The notes: generated from the sequence alone by a model not told the origin. A stretch of 64,000 nucleotides of DNA from Phycisphaeraceae bacterium (GCA_040905565.1 JBBDRF010000012.1:1-64000), one strand, 5' to 3'; positions 1 to 11,106 are shown, numbered from the stretch's first letter. A program made the numbers and translations.

Positions 1-1046
<1,046 letters not shown>

Positions 1047-1087
1047 TCTGTCGATTCCACCGGGCTATACTGAAGCCGACTATCAAA

Positions 1088-1132
1088 AAGCCCGCTAACC
1101 AAGCCCGCTAACCAAGCCCGCTAACCAAGCCC
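1088..1132. repeat. 13-bp tandem repeat AAGCCCGCTAACC x3 plus a partial copy
   Basis: Exact copies at 1088, 1101 and 1114, then AAGCCC at 1127. Confidence 0.95.
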
Positions 1133-1140
1133 CCCCCGCC

Positions 1141-1187
1141 AAGGGCCCGCGACACACCTAGTGTGACCGCGGGCCCTTCTTTTTTTT
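1141..1187 (+). terminator. Rho-independent terminator after atpD
   Basis: AAGGGCCCGCG...CGCGGGCCCTT stem followed by a T run. Confidence 0.85.
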
Positions 1188-1373
1188 GCGCCCCGGCCTT
1201 GGTCGGGGTTCCCGCGCATGCTGGCTTGCCTGGTGAAGCTGTGTTCAGGTTCTGGCGGACACCCGACCTGTACCGCGGCGCTGGCTAGACGCGGCGCGTC
1301 CGTTTATGCTGTCATATGATCGCCCTTTAGAGAAAGAAAGCAGGTTGTGCAGATGCGAAAGGACAAACCGGTC

Positions 1374-2771
1374 ATGTTGAGCAAGGTCTTCAAGGCATAC
1401 GATGTGCGGGGCGTGTACCCCGAGCCGCTGAGTGAAAAGGTGGCGTGGAAGATCGGCTATGCAACCGGCAAGTATCTGCGGAGCCAGCTCAGCGGCAGCG
1501 ACATGGTTGACCCGATGCTTCAGCACGTGGTCGTCGGCCGGGATATGCGGCTCAGCAGCCCGAAACTCGCCGATGCGCTGGCGCGCGGGCTGCGGGCGGC
1601 GGAGATGAACGTTTTAGACGTCGGCATGGTCGATACCTCCTTCATCTACTTCGCCATCAACCACCTCGGCTGTGCCGGGGGCGTGCAGGTGACGGCCAGC
1701 CACAATCCCGCGGAGTACAACGGCTTCAAGATCAGCGGCCGTTATGCCAAGCCGATCGGTTCGGATACGGGGCTCGTCGACATTCAGCGGATTGCAGCGA
1801 CGATCGAGGACCGTGACGCCGGGGCCGAGCCCGTCGGCCGCATTGAGCATCGCGATCTCTGGCACGGCTACCGCGATCACGTGCTGGCGAACCTGGAGCT
1901 CAAGCGACCGCTGAAAGTGGCGGTGGATGCATCCAACGGCATGGCGGGCATCTTCGTGCCCAAGCTCTTCGAGGGCGTGAAGAACCTGGAAATCATCCCC
2001 GTCAACTTCGAAGTGACCGGTAAGTTCGTGCACGATCCGAACCCGCTGGTGCCTGAGAACATGGTGCCCACGCAGGAGTTGGTGCGCAAGCACGGCGCGG
2101 ACCTCGGCGTCTGTTTTGACGGCGACGCCGACCGCTGCATGGTGACCGATGAGAACGGCAGCGTGATCGGCTGCGACCTGCTGGGGGCGCTGTTTGCGCA
2201 GCACTTCCTGAAGGAGTCGCCCGGCTCGGCGGTGGTTTACGATCTGCGATCGAGCAAGGCTTTGAAAGAGACGATCGAGCAGGCGGGCGGCAAGCCGGTG
2301 CGGGGCCGGGTGGGCCACGTGTTCCTCAAGGCGTTGATGCGCGAGCATGATGCGGTGTTCGGGGCGGAACTCAGTGGGCACCTGTACTATCGTGACAACT
2401 TCTACACCGATTCGGGGGCGATCACGTTTGCGGTGGCCTTGACTCTGGCTGCGGCGTCAAGCAAGCCGATGAGCGCGATGATCAAACCGCTGGCGCCCTA
2501 CAGTCAGTCCGGCGAGATCAACTTCGAAGTCGAAGACAAAGCGGCGGCGATGGCGGAAGTGCAGAAGGCCTTCGCCGACCGTGCGGAGATCGACGAGCTC
2601 GATGGCGTCACCGTCGATGCCTGGGAGAACGAGGGGTGGTGGTTCAACGTGCGGGCATCGAACACGGAGCCGTTGCTGCGATTCAACATGGAAGCCCGAA
2701 CGGCGGAGCTTCTGAAAAAGATGCAGCAGGAAGTGACGCCGATGCTCGGGGAGCCGGCGAAGGGGCACTGA
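1374..2771 (+). CDS. Phosphomannomutase/phosphoglucomutase
   Basis: FKAYDVRG, VTASHNP phosphoserine loop, FDGDADR metal loop, GAELSGH, RASNTEPLLR. ATG 1374 is preceded by GAAAGGA. Confidence 0.93.
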   Translation: MLSKVFKAYDVRGVYPEPLSEKVAWKIGYATGKYLRSQLSGSDMVDPMLQHVVVGRDMRLSSPKLADALARGLRAAEMNVLDVGMVDTSFIYFAINHLGCAGGVQVTASHNPAEYNGFKISGRYAKPIGSDTGLVDIQRIAATIEDRDAGAEPVGRIEHRDLWHGYRDHVLANLELKRPLKVAVDASNGMAGIFVPKLFEGVKNLEIIPVNFEVTGKFVHDPNPLVPENMVPTQELVRKHGADLGVCFDGDADRCMVTDENGSVIGCDLLGALFAQHFLKESPGSAVVYDLRSSKALKETIEQAGGKPVRGRVGHVFLKALMREHDAVFGAELSGHLYYRDNFYTDSGAITFAVALTLAAASSKPMSAMIKPLAPYSQSGEINFEVEDKAAAMAEVQKAFADRAEIDELDGVTVDAWENEGWWFNVRASNTEPLLRFNMEARTAELLKKMQQEVTPMLGEPAKGH

Positions 2772-2794
2772 AACTTTTTCCGAGGGGAGCAACA

Positions 2795-3433
2795 ATGCGG
2801 GTATTGGTAGCAGGTGCGAACGGGGCGACCGGCAGCCAAGTGGTGAAGCTGCTCAAGGGATCGAATCATGAGCCGGTGGCGATGGTGCGCCGTGACGAGC
2901 AGCAGGCGAAGTTCGTCTCCGATGGCGTGGCGACGCGGATGGGGGATCTGGAGCGACGCGAAGATTTTTCGGAGATGGTCGCGGACGTCGACGCGGTGGT
3001 GTTTGCTGCGGGGTCGGGTTCGAAAACGGGCAAGGACAAGACGATCGTCGTCGATGAACTCGGGGCGGTTCGTCTGATCGATGCGGCCGAGGCGGCGGGC
3101 GTGAAGCGATTCGTCATGCTCAGTTCCATCAACGCCGATCCGTGGAGCGAAGGGCACCCCATCTCGCATTATTACCGCGCCAAAGGGATCGCGGACCTGC
3201 ACCTTGAAAACTCGGACCTTCAGCACACGATCGTCAAGCCCGGCAAGCTGACCGACGAACCGGCCAAGGGCACGATCGAAGCGGCTCCCACGCTGAACAG
3301 GCCCGGCGAAATCCCGCGCGCCGATGTCGCTGCTGTTCTTGTGGGCACGCTGGAGATGGACAACACGATCGGCAAAAGCTTTGAGATCCTCAGCGGAGCT
3401 ACGCCCATCCCCGAAGCACTCGCGAGCCTTTGA
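2795..3433 (+). CDS. NAD(P)H-binding atypical SDR oxidoreductase
   Basis: MRVLVAGANGATG Rossmann motif, AVVFAAGSG, RFVMLSS, YYRAK, IPRADVA. GAGGGGAG RBS before ATG 2795. Confidence 0.88.
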   Translation: MRVLVAGANGATGSQVVKLLKGSNHEPVAMVRRDEQQAKFVSDGVATRMGDLERREDFSEMVADVDAVVFAAGSGSKTGKDKTIVVDELGAVRLIDAAEAAGVKRFVMLSSINADPWSEGHPISHYYRAKGIADLHLENSDLQHTIVKPGKLTDEPAKGTIEAAPTLNRPGEIPRADVAAVLVGTLEMDNTIGKSFEILSGATPIPEALASL

Positions 3434-3525
3434 TAAGCGGTCGCCCACGAATAATCATTCGCCCCTTGCTGTAGCGGTGTTATAGTTATAGTCGTACTGA
3501 TGCCTGCGTTCGGGAGAAATGATTC

Positions 3526-4287
3526 GTGATGATCCAAGTACGGGATTTGCGTCGACCCACCTACAGGACATTCTTGCGGGCAGCGGTCCTGCTGCTGGTG
3601 ACCGTCTGTATTGGGATGCTCTCCGTGCAGAGCGCTTCGGGGGCCGTCGTGGTGTCTGAGGATGCCACCGATCGCGGCTGGTACGACGAGGACGGCGATC
3701 ACAATGCCCTCAACACAAACTATCTCGCCGGCCGAACGCCCACCTCCAGGATCTGGACGACCAAGCGAAACTTCTTCACCTTCGACCTCGCAGCCTTAGC
3801 GGGCGTGGGCAATAAGCTGATCGGTGCGGCGCTGCTGCTGGACTCCGGCATCGTCGACCTGCCTGAGAACGAGACGCGGACGTATCAGCTGTACACGCTC
3901 AATACGTCGTTGACTGATCTTCAAAACGCCAGCACCGATGACGTTGCGATTTATGACGATCTCGGCACCGGCACACCGCTCGGCAGCTTCACCTTCGATG
4001 ACACGATGGACGATCAGATGTGGGAGATCCAGCTGAACGCCGACGCACTGACGGCAATCCGAGCGGCAGCGGGGGGCGGCTGGGCGGTAGGGGGGAGCAT
4101 CGTCGATGTGGTCGAAGACGAAACGGATAACTTCGCGTTTGGTGGTACCGGGACGACCAGCAGCGTCTCGCAACTGCAGATGACGATCATCCCCGAGCCG
4201 ACCGCCATGACACTGCTGGCCCTAGGCGGCGTGGCGATGGTGGGCCGGCGACGTGCGACGCGCCGTGAGAGTACAGTCGTCGGCTAA
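3526..4287 (+). CDS. PEP-CTERM sorting-domain surface protein
   Basis: N-terminal signal peptide; C-terminal IPEPTAMTLLALGGVAMVGRRR. Confidence 0.85.
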   Translation: MMIQVRDLRRPTYRTFLRAAVLLLVTVCIGMLSVQSASGAVVVSEDATDRGWYDEDGDHNALNTNYLAGRTPTSRIWTTKRNFFTFDLAALAGVGNKLIGAALLLDSGIVDLPENETRTYQLYTLNTSLTDLQNASTDDVAIYDDLGTGTPLGSFTFDDTMDDQMWEIQLNADALTAIRAAAGGGWAVGGSIVDVVEDETDNFAFGGTGTTSSVSQLQMTIIPEPTAMTLLALGGVAMVGRRRATRRESTVVG

Positions 4288-4293
4288 AGCGAG

Positions 4294-5052
4294 CTATTCG
4301 TGTTCGCCTTCGCCGAAGATGCCCCTGCCGACGCGCACAATGTTGGCGCCGCATTCGATGGCCACTTCGTAGTCGTTGCTCATGCCCATTGAGAGCAGGT
4401 TGAACGCCTCGCCGAGGCGGCCGGCGTTGCGCATCTCGAAGAACAGTTCGGCGCACCGCTGAAAGACGACGCGCGATTCTTCGGGATTTTCGGCGTGGGG
4501 GGCCATGGTCATCAGGCCTCGGAGCTTGAGGTGGACCATGGTCTGGATCTGCTCGGCGAGGTGCGGGATGGCGGCGGGTGCGATGCCGTACTTGCTCTTC
4601 TCGCCGGAGATGTTGACCTGGAGCAGGATTTCCACTTCCTGATCGGCGCGGGCGGCCTGCGTGTGGGCCTCTTCGACGAGGCGAAGCGAGTCGACGCTAT
4701 GGACCAGTTTCACCAGCGGGAGGACGGGCTTGACCTTGTTACGCTGGAGGTGGCCGATCATGTGCCAACGGATGTGGCTGGGCAGATCGCCGGGGCTGTC
4801 GTCGCCGAGCATCCGCCGCCTTGCGAGAAATTCTTGCGCCATGCCCACGCGTTGGTGGAGCTGCTGAACGCGGGATTCACCGAGGTCCTGGTGCCCCATT
4901 TCGATAATCTGGCGGATCTGATCGGGGCTGGCGTACTTCGTCACGGCGACGCAGACGACGCTGTCGGCAGGGCGGCCTGCGCGTTCGGCTGCTTCGCCGA
5001 TGCGGTGCATGACCTGACGGTATCGGTCGCGCAACTCATTCCGGCTGACCAT
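4294..5052 (-). CDS. yggS: YggS/PLPBP pyridoxal-phosphate homeostasis protein
   Basis: VAVTKY, LGESRVQ, WHMIGHLQRNK, HSVDS, LRGLMTM, LSMGMSNDY, IVRVGRGIFG. Confidence 0.93.
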   Translation of the reverse strand: MVSRNELRDRYRQVMHRIGEAAERAGRPADSVVCVAVTKYASPDQIRQIIEMGHQDLGESRVQQLHQRVGMAQEFLARRRMLGDDSPGDLPSHIRWHMIGHLQRNKVKPVLPLVKLVHSVDSLRLVEEAHTQAARADQEVEILLQVNISGEKSKYGIAPAAIPHLAEQIQTMVHLKLRGLMTMAPHAENPEESRVVFQRCAELFFEMRNAGRLGEAFNLLSMGMSNDYEVAIECGANIVRVGRGIFGEGEHE

Positions 5053-5152
5053 GCTCGGGCCTTTGCAAAAGGGAAATAGCAGAAGGTGCAAGCATAGTGA
5101 CCGAGCGGGTGGGGCTCAAGGCGGGGGGATGAGGAAGCGTGTTAGCGGAAGG

Positions 5153-6187
5153 TCAATCCAGCAGGCCCGCGGCCGGGTCGAGGCCGTACATGATGTTCAT
5201 GTTCTGCACGGCCTGGCCGCTGGCGCCTTTGATCATGTTGTCGATTGCTGCGAAGACGACGACGCGCCGCTGCTGACCGACCTCGACAAGCTTCACGTGC
5301 AGGTCGCAGAAGTTGGTATCGCGGACGTACTTCACGTTCGGTCGGCGATCGGTGCGCAAGCGCACGAACGGTTCATCGTCGTAGGCATCGTGGTAGGCTT
5401 CCCAGAGGTCGTCCTCGGTGACCTCATCGTCCAGCGGCTCGAGGTAGATGGTCTGGAAAATGCCGCGGTCGATCGGCAGCAGGTGGGGCACGAACAGTGC
5501 GGAGACGGGCTGAGCTTTGATGGTGCTGAGCGTCTGCTCGATTTCCGGTTGATGGCGGTGGTCGCCGCAGCCGTAGGGGAAGTAGCCGCCCTGCACCTCG
5601 GGGAAGTGCAGATGCGGTTTGGCCGCTCGCCCGGCCCCGGTCACGCCGCTGGCTGCGTTGATGATGATGGGATCGATCTTCACCAGGCTGCGCTCGAGCA
5701 GTGGGGCGATGGCGATGCCGGCCGCGGTGGGATAACAGCCGGGGTTGGCGATGAGGTCGGCGTCGGCGATGTCGTCGGGGAAGACCTCGGGCAGGCCGTA
5801 GACGGCGTCGGCGAGGTTGGCGCGGTCGGTGTGCTCGGTGGCGTAAACCTTTTCATAGAGGTCGGCGTCCCGCAGGCGGTAGTCGGCGGAGAGGTCGACG
5901 ACGCGCATGCCCGCTTCCAGCAGTTGCGGGATGTAAGCCATGGCCGCTTTGTGGGGCAGGCAGGCGAAGGCGACGTCGGCTTCCTCGGCGATGGCTTTGG
6001 GATCGGCAGGACGACAGGCGAGATCGCAACGGCCGAACAGTTGCGGGAATTCATCACTGATGACGGGCAGCTTATCCCGCGCGCTGGCGAGGTAGCTCAC
6101 CTCCGCTTCGGGATGGCGAAGCAGAAGCTCGATCAGGTGCAGCCCCGTGTAGCCGGTGGGCCCGATGATGGCGGTGCGAATGCTCAT
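5153..6187 (-). CDS. argC: N-acetyl-gamma-glutamyl-phosphate reductase
   Basis: IIGPTGYTG, VDLSADYRL, IANPGCYPT, SGVTGAG, HRHQPEI, IDNMIKGASGQAVQNMN. Confidence 0.96.
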   Translation of the reverse strand: MSIRTAIIGPTGYTGLHLIELLLRHPEAEVSYLASARDKLPVISDEFPQLFGRCDLACRPADPKAIAEEADVAFACLPHKAAMAYIPQLLEAGMRVVDLSADYRLRDADLYEKVYATEHTDRANLADAVYGLPEVFPDDIADADLIANPGCYPTAAGIAIAPLLERSLVKIDPIIINAASGVTGAGRAAKPHLHFPEVQGGYFPYGCGDHRHQPEIEQTLSTIKAQPVSALFVPHLLPIDRGIFQTIYLEPLDDEVTEDDLWEAYHDAYDDEPFVRLRTDRRPNVKYVRDTNFCDLHVKLVEVGQQRRVVVFAAIDNMIKGASGQAVQNMNIMYGLDPAAGLLD

Positions 6188-6194
6188 GGGGGGG

Positions 6195-6200
6195 ATTGTA
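6195..6200 (-). promoter_or_regulatory. -10 element of a putative leaderless argC transcript
   Basis: Minus strand reads TACAAT-CCCCCCC-ATG, with no Shine-Dalgarno. Confidence 0.55.
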
Positions 6201-6239
6201 GCGACGATTGGCCGCGGTTGAAAAACGGCAGTGTCCCGT

Positions 6240-6383
6240 GTGCCACGGGTGGCTTGCCCACCAGTGTTCCGGGTCCCCCCGGGCAGCGAAGGCGGCCGGG
6301 CGAGATGGTGACATCGGCCCAAGCATCTGCGCAGGTTCCGGGCAAGCCCGGCCGTCTCGCTTCACTCGCTGGCCGGGGCACCC
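6240..6383. repeat. Cluster of REP-like palindromes
   Basis: Hairpin GTGCCACGGGTGGCTTGCCCACCAGTG (6240-6266), degenerate GGGTCCCCCCGGGCAGCGAAGGCGGCCGGG (6271-6300), and a 37-nt element at 6347-6383 whose reverse complement recurs at 38268-38304. Confidence 0.7.
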
Positions 6384-6408
6384 TTAGAACTGAGGCTTTG
6401 GCCGGGGG

Positions 6409-7887
6409 CTACGTGAGGATCGGCGTGACGACGTTCCCCGAAACGTCTGTCAGACGGAAGCGGCGGCCGTTGTGCAGGAAGGTCAGGCGTTCGTGGTCCA
6501 TGCCGAGCAGGTGGAGGATGGTTGCGTGGAGATCGTGAATATCGACGGGGTTGTTCGCAGCCTTGTGGCCGATCTCGTCGGATTCGCCGTAGCTGGTGCC
6601 GCCCTTGATGCCCGCGCCGGCCATCCAGACGGTGAAGGCGTGGGGGTTGTGATCGCGGCCGGGTTTGTCGGCCTTCTGCGTGAGCGGGAGGCGTCCGAAT
6701 TCGCCGCCCCAGATGACGAGGGTATCTTCAAGCATGCCGCGCTGCTGAAGGTCGGCCAGCAGACCGGCGATGGGTTTGTCGGTCTCGGCCGCGAAGCCGC
6801 CGTGGTTGCCTTCGATATCGTTGTGGCCGTCCCAGCTGCGTTGGTTTTCTTCGCCGCCTGAGTAGATCTGGACGAAGCGGACGCCGCGTTCGACCATGCG
6901 TCGTGCGGTGAGGCACTGGCGTCCGAAGTGGGAGCATTTGTCGTCGTCGAGGCCGTAGAGCTGCTGGATGTGCTGGGATTCGGCTTCGACATTCAGCGCC
7001 TCGGGGGCCGCGGTCTGCATGCGGTAGGCGAGTTCGAAGCTCTCAATGCGAGCGGCGAGTTCCGTATCCTCCGTGCTCTCGACATCGATCCGGCCTTCGT
7101 TGAGTTCGCGCAGCAGGTCGAGCTGGCGACGCTGGCGTGGATCGTCGTGCTGATCGTGGCGGTAGAGGTTGAGGATTGGGTCGCCGCTGGGCCGGAGCCA
7201 GGTGCCCTGGTAGACGCTGGGCAGGAAGCCGGCCGACCAGTTCTGCGTGTAGCCCTTGGGCAGGCCGCGGCCGAGGGGATCGCTCATCACGACGAAGCCG
7301 GGGAGGTTCTGCGTGGTGGCGCCGAGGCCGTAGGTCGCCCACGATCCGACGCAGGGATAGCCCATCTGCATGTGCCCAGTGTTCATCTTGAACAGGGCGG
7401 GGCTGTGATTGTTCGACGAGGAATAGCAGGAGTGGATGAAGGCCATTTTGTCGACGTGCTGGGCCATGTGGGGGAACAGGTCGCTGACCCACTTGCCGCT
7501 CTGACCGTAGCGCCGGAAAGCCCATGGGGATTTCATGAGTGGCCCGACGGCGTTGGCGAAGAAGCCGGTGTTCGCGTCGAAGCCTTCAAGCTCCTGCCCG
7601 TCGCGTTTGGCGAGTTCGGGTTTGTAATCGAAGGTGTCGACCTGGCTGGGGCCGCCGTTGATGAAAAGCCAGATGACGCGCTTGGCTTTGGGCGCGAAGT
7701 GTGGCTGGCGTGCGGCCATCGGATTGCTCGCACTAGGTTGCGCCTTCGCCGACGTCAGCAGCCCCTGATCGTTCAGGAGGCTGATGAGGCCGAGCATCCC
7801 CGCGCCGCTGCCGGCCTGCTGAAGCATCTGGCGGCGGGTGAAAGCCATGGGGTTCGCGCGTGTGTTCATCGTCTGTGGGCTGGGCAT
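6409..7887 (-). CDS. DUF1501 family protein (Tat-like N-terminus)
   Basis: TRRQML, AKRVIWLFINGGPSQVDTFDYKP, ARRMVERGVRFVQ, WDGH, WGGEFGR, GRDHNP. Confidence 0.9.
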   Translation of the reverse strand: MPSPQTMNTRANPMAFTRRQMLQQAGSGAGMLGLISLLNDQGLLTSAKAQPSASNPMAARQPHFAPKAKRVIWLFINGGPSQVDTFDYKPELAKRDGQELEGFDANTGFFANAVGPLMKSPWAFRRYGQSGKWVSDLFPHMAQHVDKMAFIHSCYSSSNNHSPALFKMNTGHMQMGYPCVGSWATYGLGATTQNLPGFVVMSDPLGRGLPKGYTQNWSAGFLPSVYQGTWLRPSGDPILNLYRHDQHDDPRQRRQLDLLRELNEGRIDVESTEDTELAARIESFELAYRMQTAAPEALNVEAESQHIQQLYGLDDDKCSHFGRQCLTARRMVERGVRFVQIYSGGEENQRSWDGHNDIEGNHGGFAAETDKPIAGLLADLQQRGMLEDTLVIWGGEFGRLPLTQKADKPGRDHNPHAFTVWMAGAGIKGGTSYGESDEIGHKAANNPVDIHDLHATILHLLGMDHERLTFLHNGRRFRLTDVSGNVVTPILT

Positions 7888-7899
7888 CGTGGACTCCTG

Positions 7900-10800
7900 T
7901 CAATCGACGTACGCGAACTCGTTGGTCGCGAAAATGAGCTGGCAGAAATCAACGAGCGCTTCGTCTTCCTGCCCCGCAGCCGAATAGCTGGCCGACTGCT
8001 CATCAAGGAAATTCACCGCGGCGGCCACCTCCGCTTCGGTCGGCTTACGGTTGAACGCCAGCATGTACGCCTTGCTGATCGCCTGCTGGGGCGACTCGGC
8101 CATGTCGGCTTTCAGGCGATCGGCGAAGCCAGCTGCGAGCCGCCTCACCTCCGGATTGTTCATCATCAGCAGCGCTTGCGGGGCGACCGTCGTGGTGGGC
8201 CTAACGGGGATGCTCGCCAGCGGCTCGGGCATGTCGAAAATCGCGAGGAACGGGATGATCTGGCTTCGCTTGATGAAGTAGTAGAGGCTGCGACGGTTGT
8301 GCGATTCGGAGAGGGTGCCCTCGCCGAACATCTTGCGATCGAGCAGCCCGCTGACGGCCAGCATTGAATCGCGAATCGGCTCGGCCTCCAGCCGTCGGCG
8401 GTTCCAGCGCCAGAACAATTCGTTGTCGGGATCGACGCGGATGGCATCGGAGCGGGGCGCATCGTCCAGCTGATAGACGGCGCTGGTCATGATCATCCGG
8501 TGGATCGGCTTCAGGTGCCAGCCGTTGGCGACCAGTCGCGAGGCGAGGTAGTCCAGCAGTTTTGGATGCGTCGGGGCAACGCCCTGCTGACCGAAGTCGT
8601 TGGGCGTGGAAACGATGCCGCGGCCGAGGTGATGCTGCCAGAGCCGATTCACGATCACGCGCGCCAGCAGATGCCCCGCACCGTGCTGTTCATCGGTGAG
8701 CCAGTCCGCCAGGGCGGCACGACGGTGACTGGTCGTGGCGTCTTCGGGAGCTTCGCGCAGCCATGCCTCATCGCCTTCGGGATGGCGGGTGAGCACCTGC
8801 AGGAATCCCGGCTCGGCCACGCTCTGCTTCTGGCTGAGGTCGCCGCGGCTGAGCAGATAGGTTTTTTCGTAGAAGTGCGGGAAGCCGCGTCCGTCGGCGT
8901 GGTGGGGGATCGGGTCCACGCCCTCGCTGGCGACCATGACGGTCATGGTCTCAGGCTCTGGCCGCTTCGCTGCGTGCTCCTCAAGCTGTTGGGTGCGGGC
9001 GACCATCTCGTCGTCTTGCTTACGGAAGTGGGCCAGCAGGATGTCGCGCTGCTCGCCGGTCAGCTGATCAATCGGCAACGCGAGAAGCTGAGCGACCTGA
9101 GCGTTGCCCTGGAGCGTCTGGGGCGCATCGAGCGCGACCGTTCCGCCCTCACGGCTGATCGCCAGGCGGGGCCGGCCGATGTTGTGACCGGTGTTGTTCT
9201 CGAATCGCAGCGTGAACGTCAGCTTCGTGCCGCCTTCGAAATGTGGTGCGTTCACGACATCGAACGCAGCGGCGTGGTCCTTGCCGAACTGCGGATCGAC
9301 GGCCCACGCGGTGCTGGTTTCGCCGTCCAGTGCCGCCCGCGCGGGCAGGTTTGGCTTTGTCTGCTCGAAGGTTGCCCGTGAACCGGAGAGCTCGAGTTCG
9401 ACCGCATCGCCGTCGCCGGCCAAGGGCTCGGCGGTGAGGTGCAGACCGGTGAGCGCGAAGTTGCCGTTCGCTGCCCGGCCGGGTCCGCCGCCGACCATCG
9501 ACTCATGCGCCAATGCTTCGATGCGCACCGCGGTGACCTGCTTCGCCTGCGTGTGAGCGGTGAAGGTATAGGTATCGAACTGTGGGTTTTCGCCGCTGGC
9601 CAGCAGCGAGCCGTCGTCCAGCGGTGTCAGCGTGGCGCCGCCTTCGGAACGCGAGGCGACGGGCTTGAGAATCTGCCAGCCGGTGAGCGGCAGCTGCGCC
9701 TGGCCGAGGAATTCCGCGTCACGCTCCGCTTCCAGCCATGCGTTGAATCGCTTCGGGAGCGCGTCACGTTCATAGCTTTCGACGGCCTGCACCAGCGATT
9801 CGTGCTCGGCTTTCCATGCGGCCAGCTGCTTCTCGTAGCCGTCGGGCTCAACCTCCAACTCGACGTTGCTGCGAATCGTCTCGGTGAAGATCGAGAGCAT
9901 CGCGTAGTAGTCTTTTTCGGGAATGGCGTCGAACTTGTGATCGTGACAGCGGGCGCAGCCGACAGTGTAACCGAGCATCGCGACGCCCGTCGTGGCGAGC
10001 ATGTCGTCCATCTCGTCGTAGCGGGCCTGCTCAAATTCACGCTCGGTGAGCTGCGTCGGGAACGCACCGGCTGCGAGGAAGCCCGTCGCCATCATCGCCA
10101 TCGGCTCATCCGGTGCCAGCTCATCTCCTGCGATCTGCCAGCGGACGAACTGATCGAACGGCATGTCCTGATTGAACGCCCGCACAACAAAATCGCGGTA
10201 GTGATAAGCGTGCGGCCGATTGTAATCCTGCTCAAAGCCGTGGCTCTCGGCGAACCGGGCGATATCCAGCCAGTGCCTCGCCCACCGCTCACCGTGATGC
10301 GGACTCTCGAGCAGCTGATCGACCACCTTCTCCCACGCATCGTCCGAGTCGTCCTCGATGAACGCCTGCACCTGCTCGGGCGTCGGGGGCAGGCCGATCA
10401 CACCAAGATACGCCCGGCGGATCAGACGGCGGCGGTCGGTGGGATCGTTCGGCATCACCCCCGCCTGCTCCATGTCCGAGAGCACGAAACGATCGATCGG
10501 CGTCTGCACCCAATCCTCATCCTGAACCGTCGGCGGCTCGGGGTCGGTCAGCGGCCGAAACGACCAGAATTGCCGATCGGATTCGAGCACCTGCATCGGC
10601 CCGCCGCCCGCACGGTCCGCGGCCTCCAGCAACGGCTGGTCGAACGGCGCGCCGAGGTCGATCCATTGGCGAATCTGTTCAAGCACTGCGTCATCGAGCT
10701 TCGGCTGCCGGTGCGGCATGTGAGGCTCGCGCTCATGCGTCAGCACCTGGTAGAAGAGGCTGTTCGCGGCGTCGCCGGGGATGATCACCTCGCCGCTCTG

Positions 10801-11106
10801 CCCGCCGGCCATCAGCGACGCGCGTGTAGCCATGTCCAGATCGGCTCGCACCCGCTCCTGACCGTGACATTCGATGCAGCTGCCCAGCAGCACCGGGCGG
10901 ATCTGCTCGCGAAACATCTTCCGACCGGCGGCCATTTCTTCCGCATGCTCCGGGCCGACCTCGACGACCGTCGCGGCATCGTCAGCGCGGGCGGCGGCGG
11001 TCCAGGTGATCGCCAGCCCCGTCGCTGCCGTGAGGGTCATGACGATGGCGGTCAGGATACGAGCCGATCCTGTTAATCTGACGTTTATAGCGGGCGGTCG
11101 CTTCAT
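7900..11106 (-). CDS. Planctomycete cytochrome c / DUF1549 / DUF1553 (PSD1) protein
   Basis: CIECH and CARCHDHKFD heme motifs, GERWARHWLD, VNRLWQHHLGRGIV, PTHPKLLDYLA, PQALLMMN. Confidence 0.9.
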   Translation of the reverse strand: MKRPPAINVRLTGSARILTAIVMTLTAATGLAITWTAAARADDAATVVEVGPEHAEEMAAGRKMFREQIRPVLLGSCIECHGQERVRADLDMATRASLMAGGQSGEVIIPGDAANSLFYQVLTHEREPHMPHRQPKLDDAVLEQIRQWIDLGAPFDQPLLEAADRAGGGPMQVLESDRQFWSFRPLTDPEPPTVQDEDWVQTPIDRFVLSDMEQAGVMPNDPTDRRRLIRRAYLGVIGLPPTPEQVQAFIEDDSDDAWEKVVDQLLESPHHGERWARHWLDIARFAESHGFEQDYNRPHAYHYRDFVVRAFNQDMPFDQFVRWQIAGDELAPDEPMAMMATGFLAAGAFPTQLTEREFEQARYDEMDDMLATTGVAMLGYTVGCARCHDHKFDAIPEKDYYAMLSIFTETIRSNVELEVEPDGYEKQLAAWKAEHESLVQAVESYERDALPKRFNAWLEAERDAEFLGQAQLPLTGWQILKPVASRSEGGATLTPLDDGSLLASGENPQFDTYTFTAHTQAKQVTAVRIEALAHESMVGGGPGRAANGNFALTGLHLTAEPLAGDGDAVELELSGSRATFEQTKPNLPARAALDGETSTAWAVDPQFGKDHAAAFDVVNAPHFEGGTKLTFTLRFENNTGHNIGRPRLAISREGGTVALDAPQTLQGNAQVAQLLALPIDQLTGEQRDILLAHFRKQDDEMVARTQQLEEHAAKRPEPETMTVMVASEGVDPIPHHADGRGFPHFYEKTYLLSRGDLSQKQSVAEPGFLQVLTRHPEGDEAWLREAPEDATTSHRRAALADWLTDEQHGAGHLLARVIVNRLWQHHLGRGIVSTPNDFGQQGVAPTHPKLLDYLASRLVANGWHLKPIHRMIMTSAVYQLDDAPRSDAIRVDPDNELFWRWNRRRLEAEPIRDSMLAVSGLLDRKMFGEGTLSESHNRRSLYYFIKRSQIIPFLAIFDMPEPLASIPVRPTTTVAPQALLMMNNPEVRRLAAGFADRLKADMAESPQQAISKAYMLAFNRKPTEAEVAAAVNFLDEQSASYSAAGQEDEALVDFCQLIFATNEFAYVD

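Noticed and set aside
1088..1132. Possible CRISPR array
   Set aside because: 13-bp units directly in tandem, with no spacers and no cas genes
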